From the NCBI RefSeq assembly GCF_009914755.1, contig NC_060928.1: a stretch of DNA of 64,000 nucleotides; one strand, written 5' to 3'. A model generated the notes under the pieces. It did not search any database. It was not told where the DNA came from and saw only the letters and a list, made by a program, of their open reading frames with translations. Below, in pieces: positions 13,978-25,242 of this stretch (its first letter is position 1; every line of letters starts with the position of its first letter). The stretch is from the human T2T-CHM13v2.0 reference genome, Homo sapiens. A program made the translations under genes and the position numbers.

Positions 13978-14370
13978 TGATATGGTTTGGCTCTGTGACC
14001 TCACCCAAATCTCATGTTGAACTATAATCCTCAGTGTTGGGAGAGGGACCTGGTTGGAGGTGATTGGATCATGGAGGTGGATTTCCCTCTCCCCTTGCTG
14101 TTCTCATGATGGTGAGTGAGTTCTCACAATATCTGATGGTTTAAAAGTGTGGGGCAATTCCCCATTCATTCTCTCTCTCTCTCTCTCTCGCCACCATATG
14201 AAGAAGGCACTTGCTTCCCCTTCACCTTCTGCCATGATTGTAAGTTGCCTGAGGCGTCCCAGTCATCCTTCCTACTAAACCTGTGGAACTGAGTCAATTA
14301 AACTTCTTTTCTTTATAAATTACTCAGTCTTGGGAAGTTCTTTATAGCAGTGTGAAAACAGAATAATATA
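13978..14370 (+). mobile_element. THE1D/MSTA MaLR LTR
   Basis: tgatatggtttggctctgtg...ttctttatagcagtgtgaaaacagaataatata. Confidence 0.92.
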
Positions 14371-15603
14371 GAAAATTGGTACCAGAAAAGTGAGGTATTA
14401 CTATAAAGATATCTGAAAATGTGGAAGCAGCTTTGAAACTGAGTAACAGGCAGAGGTTGAAACAGTTTGGAGGGCTCACAAGATGACAGGAAGCTGAGGG
14501 AAAGTTTGGAACCTCCTAGAATTTGTTGAAGGATTTTGACCAAAATGCTGATAGTGATATGAACAATGAAGTCCAAGCTGAAGTGCTCTCAGATGGAGAT
14601 GAGCAACATATTGGGAAATGGAGCAAAGGTGACTCCAGCTATGTGTTAGCAAAGAGACTGGCAGCAATGTGTCCTTGCTCTAGGAATCTGTGGAACTTTG
14701 AACTTGAGAGAGATGATTTAGGGTATCTGACAGAAGAAATTTCTAAGCAGTAAAGCATTCAAGATTTGACCTGACCGTTGCTAACAGCATATATGCACGA
14801 ACAAACTGATGGTCTGAAGCTGGAACTTATTTTAATAGGGAAGCAGAACATAAATGCTTGGAAAATTTGCAGGCAGACCATGCAGTAGAAAAGAAAACCC
14901 ATTTTCTGGGGAGAAACTCAAGGCTGAAGATATTTGCATAAGTAAAGAAGAGCAGAATGGTAATAGACAAGACAATGGGGAAAACGCCTCCAGGGTATTT
15001 CAAAGACCTTTGTGGCAGCCCTTCCCATTACAGGCCTGGAGGCTTAGGAGGAAAAAAATGGTTTCATGGGCCAGGCCCTGGGCCCCACTGGTCTGTGAAG
15101 CCTTGGGACATGGTGCTCTGCATCCCAGCTGCTCCAGCTCAAGCCATGGCTAAAAGAGGCTCAAGTGCAGCTCAAGCTATTGTTTTAGTGGGTGTAAGCC
15201 ATAAGCCTTGGTGATTTCCATGTGGTGTTGGGCCTGCTTGTGCACAGAAGGCAACAGTTTGGGAGCCTGCACCTGGATTTCAGAGGATGTATGGAAACAC
15301 CTGGATGCCCAGGCAGAAGTCTGCTGCAATGGTGTAGTCCTCATGAAGAACTTCTACTAGGGCAGTGTGGAAGGAAACTGTGGGATTGGATCCCCCACAG
15401 AGTCCCCACTGGGGAACTGCCTAGTGGGGCTGTGAGAAGAGGGCTACCATCCTCCAGACCCTGGAATGGTAGATTATCTGGCAGCTTGCACCATGCACCT
15501 GGAAAAGCCACAGACATTCAGTGCCAGTCCTTGAAAGCAGCCATGAATGTTGTATCCCACAAAGCCACAAGGGCAGAGCCGCCCAAGGCCTTTGGAGGCC
15601 ATC
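14371..15603 (+). mobile_element. THE1/MST internal sequence, 3'-truncated with no second LTR
   Basis: gaaaattggtaccag start. ORFs 14523-15620 are typical MaLR-int translations (DQNADSDMNNEVQAEV..., HRVPTGELPSGAVRRG). Confidence 0.92.
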
Positions 15604-16415
15604 CAGTCTCAAATGGGTAATTTCTTAGACACATTATGTAATTGGGAGAACCCTCTAATTGTTCTTTGCCTTTGAGGATAAGAACTATCATTGTGAAGAC
15701 TAAGTGTAAAACTCTAAAACTGCCACCTTCTATGAGGAATGTATTTTCATGTTTCTGCCTTGGCAGGACCTTATGATAAAAGAAATTTGAAATGCTATAG
15801 AGAATGTGCAAGTTCCCCCAGAATTATTTGCTCTTCACATCTAAGTGTGTTATACCTATGGTCATGCTCTTACATTTTAAACATAATTAAATCTTTAGTC
15901 ATTTATTTATACCCCAAAGGGCTGTACAAATTAGTGACTTTCCCCTTCTCTTCCAAAACAGAATTTGTTCACACTTTAAAAATAAGTTCTCTCTTCCTAG
16001 CTCAAGAGCAGTGTGGGAGGAGATGGGGAACTATAAAGGAGTTCCTATATAAGCTCTGATACATATAATTTCAAGATCTCTCTCCTACAGATGTGCAGGT
16101 TATATCCATCCTCATTGTATCACCCCAGGAAGATTAGGGCACAGGGAATCAGTGCTGTTGTTTCTGTAATAATAAGCCTGACCTCTAATTCAAAACCTCA
16201 TGCTTTTAGAACAAAATAAATACATGTAGATGTTAAAAATGTACCAGTCCTTAGCCTACAAAGTAAATAAAAGCCCATTGAGTCTCAGGGGAAATGGCAA
16301 AAATTAGTACAACTCTTAAAGACCTAAAGGATCTATGGTTCCATCATATCTCCATTTAATTTATCCATCTGGCTCAAAAAACAAACAAACAAACAAACAA
16401 ACAGATGGAACTTGA

Positions 16416-16720
16416 ATGATGTCAGTGGATAACTGCAAACTCAACCAGGTAATAGCCTCAACTGCAGCTGCTCTGCCAGATGTAATATATTTGCTAGAGA
16501 AAATTACCATGGTCTCTGGTACATGGTATGCAGCCATTTATCTGGCAAATTGGTTCTTTTCCATTTTTATCAGAAAAGCAGATCTGAAACAGTTTGTATT
16601 TACTTGGAATAGACCTCAGTATTCATTTACAATCTTGCCCAGAGCTATGTTGTTTCTTCCACCTTCTATCTTAACATCATCCAAAAAGACCTGGCCCAGC
16701 TGGACATCCTACAAATATTA
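16416..16720 (+). pseudogene. ERVL reverse transcriptase remnant
   Basis: MSVDNCKLNQVIASTAAALPDVIYLLEKI...GTWYAAIYLANWFFSI...KQFVFTW...QYSFTILP. The catalytic D of the AIDLANAFF motif reads Y, and a frameshift follows. Confidence 0.9.
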
Positions 16721-17072
16721 TATTCTTTCACTGATGAATGAGAATCTGAATCATAACACCAGTTTAGCCACTCATACTGGCATAGCTGCTCTTTGAGTTT
16801 GACAGGAATCTAGATGATCATATGAAGGGAGATAATAAGACATGATGCATACTAGTCACTGTTCACAGCCCAGCTGCAATACTAAGGGATGCAATTTGTC
16901 CCACTAGCTTTCCTATTTTATGTTTCCCTTAGGAAAAATAAATGTGCCCAAATTCTAGAAGGGCTACTCTAAAAAGTTATATGAATACATAGTTTGGTGT
17001 AGCAAAAAGGGTAAACTGTAGTGGATTGCGTGATACAGAACCCAGATTCCCATTCAAGAATAAGACACTTTC

Positions 17073-17382
17073 GGCCAGGAGCAGTGGCTCATGCCTGTAA
17101 TCCCAGGGATTACAAGGAGGCCAAGTCAGGCAGATCACAAGGTCAGGAATTCAAGACCAGCCTGGCTAATATGGTGAAACCCCATCTCGACTAAAAATAC
17201 AAAAATCATCCAGGTGTGGTGGTGTGCGCCTGTAGTCCCAGCTACTTGGGAGGCTGAGGCAGGAGAATCACTTGAACCTTGAACCTTGGAGGCAGAGGTT
17301 GCAGTAAGCTGTGATTGAGTCACTGCACTCCAGCCTGGACAACAGAGTGAGACTCTGTCTCAAACAAAACCAAAAGCAAAAC
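17073..17382 (+). mobile_element. AluS
   Basis: Full dimer with a 14-bp TSD aataagacactttc at 17059-17072 and 17383-17396. Confidence 0.95.
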
Positions 17383-17604
17383 AATAAGACACTTTCAACT
17401 TCCGTTTCCTGGAACCCTTCTAACAGACTACATTAGATTGTTAGCCCTTGACTGGATTTGCATTACCTAATGAAAATAGCTTTGCTTAAGATTTCATTAA
17501 CTTCTCTGAGGCAGCCCACAACCAATGGCTGCTTTAGGTGGGGGCAAAAAGGCTCAGCTCCTTCACCCCAATTCAAGACTACTCTGAATAAGCCATCTCA
17601 TTTT

Positions 17605-18363
17605 TAAAACCACCTTTGCAAAATTATGACAGTAAGAGAAATCTGACATAGCTGACACCATGCTGCTTCTAACTGCAAGCTCTCCCCATTAATTCCTGTG
17701 AATATGCAAAGCTAACTTTAGGAGAAATTTAGGTTATAATTGAATATTAAAGCAAGGATAAGAATAGCCTTTCCCAAAATTACCCCCTATTTGTGTGGGA
17801 ACAAAAATCACCTTTATAAAACAGATGAAAGCCTACAAGATTAGGATTATGGGAGGGGTCTAAACTCTGCTAAATTGAAGGCACAGTTAAATAATCACCA
17901 GGCATTGTAGCAAGAGGTCCTAAGATTTGTAACCTTCCCAGTTGATCCTACAGATAACATCACTATTGTAAAAACCTAAAATTGGAGTTTGAGGTATTTT
18001 TAAATCCTGCATTCTGATAAGGCCAGCTGGCACCACCTGAACTGGTAATCCATTCCAAGAAACTGGTTCAACTGGTCTTGTGATCCTATCCAGAACCAAC
18101 TCAGCACAAGAAGACAACTTTGACCCCCTTTAATTTCATCTACAACCAATCAGCATACTTATTCCCTAGCCCCATGCCCACCAAAACATCCTTTGAAAAC
18201 TGTAGCCTCTGAATTTTCAAAGAGATTAATCTGCATAATAAATTCTCATCTTCTACTTGGCTAGCCCTGTGATAACTGAACTTTTTCTCTACTGCAATAC
18301 CGCTGTCTCAGTAAATTAATTTTATATGTGCACTGGGCAAGAAGAACCCATTGGGCAATTACA
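17605..18363 (+). mobile_element. LTR8-family (LTR8A/B) ERV1 solo LTR
   Basis: aaaccacctttgcaaaattatgacagtaagagaaatctgacatagctgac...gggcaagaagaacccattgggcaattaca, with AATAAA at ~18237. Confidence 0.85.
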
Positions 18364-18476
18364 GGTTCAGCAGTCTCTTTGAAACTAGCTGAGGTTTATG
18401 TTGACACTGCATCACACCTAACTTTTCCCATTGCCTAATCCTGCTTTCTCCTTATTTTGAGAACCCCCACATAAAC

Positions 18477-20260
18477 TGAGATCAGAACAGCTAGCAACTG
18501 TGCCATAACAGGAAATGAAGGGAAGCTGGAGATGGGTGTTTCCAGTCTGCCATTCATAGGATAATTTTTTACTAGCATATGGTCTAATACCTAGTTGTCC
18601 AACCCATAACAAAAAGGGTTTTTCTTACTTAAAAATCTTATAAATAAGATTCCCATGTGAAAAGAATCACTGACAGCTTCCCTTGGGGCTCTTGCCTGAC
18701 CTGTGTCCAGTTTATGCTAACCATTGCTCTGATGCTGGGAGCTCACCTTTGTGTTCTCTCCAAGTCCCAGGGAAAACCTAGCCTGGGGCAATCCCTAGTT
18801 CTTCAGATGGAAGGCACAAATTCAATACACCACCACGATAGAAAACAAGTACTAAGATTCTTACAGATCCTGAGCTAGAAGGGCATAAAGACTTAGGAAG
18901 GCAATCTTTTGTCTTCAGGTCTCACTAGGCAGGAATGACAAGCCAGGCAGAGAGAGAAATGTGAATGACAACTGGGAGTATTCATAAGGGAATAGAATGA
19001 AGGTCATTTTAAGTTCATGGACTATAGGGTCCAGCCCTGCAGTGTCTGTGGGTTTTTTCTCTTTTAGTGTGCGGAGATGAGAGATCGTAGAAATAAAGAC
19101 ACAGCACAAAGAGATAGAAAAAAACAGCTGGGCCTGGGGAACCACTACCACCTAGACGCGGAGACTGGTAGTGGCTCCGAATGCCTGGCTGTGCTGTTAT
19201 TTATTGGATACAAGGCAAAATGTGCAGAGTAAGGAGTGTGAGTCATCTCCAATGATTGATAAGGTCATGTGAGTCATGTGTCTACTGGACAGGGGGCCCT
19301 TCCTTGTTTGGCAGCCGAGGCAGAGAGAGAGAGGACACCTTAAGCCATTATTTCTTCTATGCATTTCAAAGACTTTTAGGACTTTCACTAATTCTGCTAC
19401 TGCTATCTAGAAGGCAGAGCCAAGTGTACAGGGTGGAACATGAAAGTGAAACAGGAGCATGACCACTAAAGCCCATCATCACAGGGAGACGTTTAGGCCT
19501 CCGGATGGCTGTGGGCATGCCTGACTGATATCAGGCGTTCCCCAAGAGGTGGTGGAACAGAGTCTTCTCTAACCCCCCAGGGAAAGGGAGACTCCCTTTC
19601 CCAGGTCCGCTAAGTAACCGGTGCCTTCCCTAGGCACTGACGCTACCGCTAGACCAAGGTCCGCTAGGTAACAGGCGCCTTCCCAGGCGCTGGCTTTACC
19701 GCTAGACCAGGGAGCCCTCTAGTGGCCCTATCTGGGCGTAACAGAGGGCTCATACTCGTCCTCTGGTCACTTCTCACCGTGTCCCTTCAGCTCCTATCTC
19801 TGTATGGCCTGGTTTTTCCTAGGTTATAATTGTAGAGCAAAGATTATTATAATATTGGAATAAAGAGTAATGCTACAAACCAATGATTAATGATATTCAT
19901 ATATAATCATATCTATAATCTATTTCTAGTATAACTATTCTTATTCTATATATTTTCTTTATTATACTGAAACAGCTTGTGCCTTTGGTCTCTTGCCTTG
20001 GCACCTGGGTGGCTTGCCACCCACAATGGACAAATACCTGAATGGTCTGTTTAAAGGAAGCAGAAGCAGAGGGGAAAGTGGGAAGCCAAGTCAGGTTGGT
20101 GGAAGAGATGTCTTTAAGCTCCTGGCCACAGTCTTAGCCATTTGGTTGTGGTGTAGAACTGGAAATTGTGTCAAGGGTGACTGAGCTCTGCTTCTGGTAT
20201 GAGAAAGTTAAACTTACATTCAAAATGGATCCAAAGTCAACATAAAATTGTGAGAATATT
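18477..20260 (-). mobile_element. MER54/MER74-like ERVL LTR, interrupted by LTR13
   Basis: gttcttcagatggaaggcacaaattcaatacaccacc and terminal gaaagttaaacttacattcaaaatggat...caacataaaatt match the antisense of this LTR group. The left boundary is uncertain. Confidence 0.6.
19023..20025 (-). mobile_element. LTR13 (HERV-K-group) solo LTR, ~1 kb
   Basis: The minus strand starts tgtgggtggcaagccacccaggtgcc and ends gggctggaccctata. A perfect 6-bp TSD atggac lies at 19017-19022 and 20026-20031. Confidence 0.93.
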
Positions 20261-21205
20261 CCCTAATAGACTTCCACATGCTATTGTCCATCTCACAGTT
20301 TGCTACCTGAATTACCCAGCATGTAATAATTGGTGAGGATAGTTAAGGGAGGCAATGGACACTCTTACTTCTGAGATAACTGTCTAATTGAAAACCTTAT
20401 CACAATAAGATTATATGATGTATGTTCCCATAATTAACATCATTAGCAGATGCTGAAAATGATAGCATGATTTGTAATATATTTCTCTTTATGCCACATT
20501 TAGTTGGACATGAATTTTAACATTCTCTTGCTTGAATCATTCTAATGATATGTAATATCAGCCAAGTGAGCATGTACTATAATTCCATGTAACCTGTCAA
20601 CCTAACTAGCAACATGTCAAGCTGAAGATATTTAACAATACAGTTCAGTCAAATTATTCATTGTTTTGTTAGAAACACAAATTTTTTACTGAATATTATT
20701 AGAGTTTTATGGTCTTTAAAGACAAAAATAACAGTAAATATTCTGTTGAAGTTGTCTATTTGATAGATCTTGGTTTAAAATTTATGTTTCTTAAAATTGA
20801 TCACTATTGTCATAAAATTATTTATCAGTTGAAGAAAGAAAGACTGGCATTTTCTCCTTGAGGCATTTTCTCTATTTAAAGACAATTGTAAATAAATACA
20901 ATTTCAGTTGGTATTTAAAACAATGTATAGTGTCAAATGTATATCAAAAAATTACAAGTAATTTTCATAAATTTAATCTTATAAATAATATAAATATATT
21001 TTATATTCTTGAAAAATGTGATTCTTACAGTGCAGTGAACTAGGCCATTAATGATTTTAATTAAAAATAACATAGTCTATCCTGAAAAACTTTGCATTCA
21101 TATACTATCAACAAAGCATTTTTATCAAAGTCAAAATTATAATGATAATTTTAAGATTTTCACATATATTTGGGCTTTATATTGAGTTTACATTTTTTTA
21201 TAAAA

Positions 21206-21605
21206 TAGCACTATATTTTCAGATAGAAAAGTACACCAGTGAAATATCTAAATTATTTTCCGTGTACTTTAATTCTGAGAGGTAACATATATTAAGGTTG
21301 GGCATGTAAACAAATTGAATGTGTTATTTGATTTTTTTGACAGCATAATCTATATTGTAAATCTTGGTCTTTGATAATTAACTGCATTTGAATGTTATTT
21401 TATGATAGCACTATATTTTCAGATAGAAAAGTACATCAGTGAAATATCTAAATTATTTTCTGTGTACTTTAATTCTGAGAGGTAACATATATTAAGGTTG
21501 GGCGTGTAAACAAATTGAATGTGTTATTTGATTTTTTTGACAGCATAATCTATATTGTAAATCTTGGTCTTTGATAATTAACTGCATTTGAATGTTATTT
21601 TATGA
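21206..21605. repeat. Head-to-tail tandem duplication, 2 x 200 bp
   Basis: tagcactatattttcagatagaaaagtac...gaatgttattttatga is repeated. I count 3 mismatches. Confidence 0.97.
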
Positions 21606-21837
21606 CTGTGCAAATTATTTAATGATTTACTCAAAGTACCTTTTTAAAAAAAATAGGCAGTAAGATATGCTTCTTTAGTATCTCCAGTGAAATGAGCAAT
21701 TATCTCTACTCACTCCAGAATTCCTAGCAATATAAAATTAAAGGAATCAAAAAGGCATTTACCCAGAAAGACAGCGAATGGGAAAAGAGATAATAGACTA
21801 GTCAGGTAACCAAACCCTTAGAATATTAAAAGTGAGT

Positions 21838-22640
21838 TGTAGCAGATACATTTGGTGGCCCATGTTAAAGCCCTCTGGCACACAACTGATTTCAGTTTCA
21901 GCTGTGGCGGTCAGTTTCTTGCGATCAGATTCACTTCATGGTACTAGCCACTCATTTCAAGTTTGCATGAACCACGAGCTCTGCTTTTTGACTCAGAACT
22001 GAATACAGTGCAGCATGACTGTAACCTACTGCTACGGTCCCAGAAAATGCAGAGAGCACCCCAAGACAGCAACCTTCAAAAACAGATGGAAGCAATAAAT
22101 GATCTGGGATTTTCACAATAAACCAACGGTTCTGGGTTGCCTTTGATACATATTCTAGGGTTAATAATGAATCAGCAGTAGCGATGGTTACATTGTCTAC
22201 AGCAGTGACCTCAGTAATGAACCTTTAGTTTGGCTTTTCCTCTTCTTTTTCCTGATCTACCTGTTCCTTAAATCCTGCTTTGTGAAATGATACTACAAAT
22301 TAATAAGCTACAGCTGAGTCTTTTTCTCATTCCCTGCTTCCAGAAAAAAAAATAAGAAAAGAAAAGAAAAACAGTCAAGTGCTTTATAAAATACATGCAG
22401 AAAGTAGCCTCTTGAGATTCTGGAAGTGGATAGCTTGCTAGTCACATTTCTGGTGTAAGGAGAGTGATGACTTCTGGAGGGCTGTAGTATCAAACGTAGA
22501 AAGACTCTGATGTATGGTGGATTGTGACTAATTAGAAGTAAAAGTAAAACATTGAGTTTTCAATAGCTCTAACACTTTGAACATATAGTTCAAGTATATA
22601 ATTTAAGGATACTTTAGACTTCAATATAGCTTTTGTAATA
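21838..22640 (+). mobile_element. LTR33-type ERVL LTR plus the start of internal sequence
   Basis: tgtagcagatacatttggtggccc...gatttcagtttcagctgtggcggtcagtttc, followed by an ERVL-like leader (gagattctggaagtggatagct). Confidence 0.55.
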
Positions 22641-22729
22641 ACTGTAAAAGCCTTAAATAAATTTGATGATCTTGGCCTCTTATTATTATTATTAATTTTT
22701 AAATTAACTTCATAGGTACAATAAAAGCC

Positions 22730-25230
22730 AGAAGGTCTCTGGGAAAGCATTTAAAGAGCCCTCCATTACCCACATCCTGCTCCTGCAGCAGTAGGAAAGA
22801 CTGCATTGAAGGTCAGTTTGAGGACTTTATAGCAGATCTGTAAAGTATAGTAGAACTGCAAAAGAGACTGTGCACTTTTGACCAATCTCCTTTGATAAAT
22901 TTAGGATCTTTGTAGAGAAATGGAAATGCTCAAACTCTTCTTTCATGATATTTTCAAATCACCACATTGGGATATTTTCACCAATCATGTCGTCAATTGC
23001 TTTTCTGTACCAACGACTGATCACCGACTGACAGACTCAGTGCATTAATACTGTATCATGAGGACCTTTGGATATTAGACCTTTTGCTATGTACCAACAG
23101 TCACAGTCTTGGTTCTTATTTTCACAATCCACAATATAAAAATGAATAAAATATATGACACAATTTTTTTCTGACTTTGAATAACAGGTAGTTCTGGAAA
23201 GTGATCACTGACAGAAGGGAAACACACAGACAGACTCCTACTAATCCCCTGGTTTTCTTCCTTGGGGTACTTCGTATACTGGAATGCAAGGAGGTGTAGC
23301 CCAAGCTGATCATAGCACTCTAGATGAACAGAGACGCATACACTGTAATGTTAAACTTTAACACTGCCACAGTTTGTGAGGAAATTTACCAGAGAAGTTG
23401 GAGCTGCTAAGAGCAAAGAATGGCTGCTGTGTGGCTAAAAGCTAGAAAGAGCTAGCCACCTCTTGATGGCAGACTGCCAATGTTCTGGAAGACCATTTGT
23501 GATAGGAAATAATGTTGTCATTTAAGGAAAAATAGTTTTTAGAACTCTTCTCTGACAATTCACGTACCTACCAAATGCACAATACTCATAGCCCTCTCAC
23601 AAGACCTTTTCCCCCAGAAGCCTCATTCCTTCATGGCATCAGTCTTATGCTTGAAGTTGAGAATATCATCATCTAAATCAAGTTCTATGAGATAATCAGG
23701 GTCCTCAGAGGAATATACTCTCCTTCAATAGGATATAGAACTAAAACAATGACTCCATTCCAGACAATGGGCAAGTTAGTCATGATTTTTTATTAAGCTA
23801 GGGGCCTCATCATCAATACTCTATTTTGTTAAATTTTAGAAATTGAGAAGATGTCAATGCCCACTTATTTCGTAACACTATACTTGTGAAGAATTTGCCT
23901 AACTCTCTGAAGGTTAAGCACCCTATGCTATCAATCTTACCTTGCCATTTATTAAAATAAATTTGTCCATCTTTATTTCATAATTAAGGTCCAATACTCT
24001 ATTGTTTTGATATATGATCATCTACACTGATAATAGGGAATACGATTCTGTAACATCTCCTATTATCCATTCTGTCCTAAAACCTTTCTCAATGACACAT
24101 TTCTAATTATTTTGGGGAAGTGAGTATCTTCTGGGTCCTCCCATGGGCCATAGTCACCAGGTAGATTTTCTGATCTTGCATAACATATCCATTCTCTTAT
24201 TCTCATTTTCCTGAGCCCTTTGATCCTTATTCCCATGGTGGACCATGGTTGTTCTGCCAGTTTTAATTCAATTTGTGTAAGCTAACATATTTTTTTGAGT
24301 TTCCAAAATTCCACTTGGCAGTGCATTAATATTGTATTATTAGGACCTTGCCAAGGTGTTAAATTTTCTCTCACATGAGCATGTTCCCGTATGGATAAGC
24401 TATCCCCTTTTCAACTTTATATCCCTTCGCCTTTGATTCTGCACCTTCAGGACTTAATCTCATACATATTGTCCTGTTTCCTGCTGATTAATAATTAATA
24501 GGTCTTCAGCTTTTTGTGGGATAGTAACTGTCCTCACAAAGCCGACTCGGCACTTTCCAGAATGGATTAATTTGTGATTTTACTCTAGTTATGGGTTGGA
24601 AGTAAAAAGTATGTGTAGATTCTGAAGGGGATTGATTTTGCTTTGTAAGCTACAGGCTCCATATCATCTTCAGGAAAGGAGTGGAGGGTGAGAGGAGGAG
24701 ATTGCTAGCCTTTAAGAGGGAACAATGGAAAACTTCCTTAAACTAGAAGGTCTTGGGGAATCTGAAGGTTCAACGTTCTTAAGTATGTTGCTTGGATATT
24801 CCTGTGTTAAGTAAAAAAGCATTAATCCTTGCCAACTAGGTCCCTGACTTGGTACGACAGACCATCCAGGATTGAGAATTCAACATTTCTCTGGATCTCT
24901 GCTAGCCTTATAATTAAGTTTTGGGCCTGATCCTAAACTTTCTCTGCCTTCTGACTCCAAAAGATAAGACTCTTTTTATGTGCTATAAAATAGGCCCTCT
25001 GACTTTTAGACTCTTCCTTAAACTGGTAATTAATCACCTTCAACCTGTCATTGTAGTTCTCAAATACATCTGTCTCACTCAGTAAAAGCCATGTAATTCC
25101 ATTGCTTTGTAACTACTACTACCCTGAACCATTCTGATGTCTCAGATATTATAGCAGAGTATTTTCTTCTACAGGCATTCAATCCCTGTTTGCCCACATC
25201 AAAAAGCTGAAAGATCACAAACTGACAACC
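22730..25230 (-). mobile_element. ERVL internal fragments in antisense orientation
   Basis: Antisense gag/pro-like text, e.g. atccaggattgagaattcaac and ataattaagttttgggcctgatcc, mirrors the sense ERVL-int at 13.2 kb. Confidence 0.55.
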
Positions 25231-25242
25231 TAGCATCAGTCC

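Larger units (their letters stand above)
12763..17016 (+). mobile_element. ERVL internal region, interrupted by a MaLR element
   Basis: Gag-like decayed sequence, a protease-like motif (ggactattagacaca, GLLDT), an RT remnant at 16416, and PPT agcaaaaagggtaaac before the LTR. Confidence 0.75.
17017..20327 (+). mobile_element. LTR16-type 3' LTR split by four nested insertions
   Basis: tgtagtggat start, with pieces at about 17017-17072, 17397-17600, 18364-18470 and 20260-20327 (cctaatagacttccacatgctattgtccatctcacag). Confidence 0.7.

Noticed and set aside
14313-15620. Cluster of overlapping ORFs of 63-132 aa
   Set aside because: Standard translations of THE1/MST internal sequence on both strands.
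16416-16796. 126-aa RT-like ORF as a domesticated retroviral gene
   Set aside because: The catalytic aspartate is substituted, a frameshift follows the TILP motif, and the rest of pol is missing.
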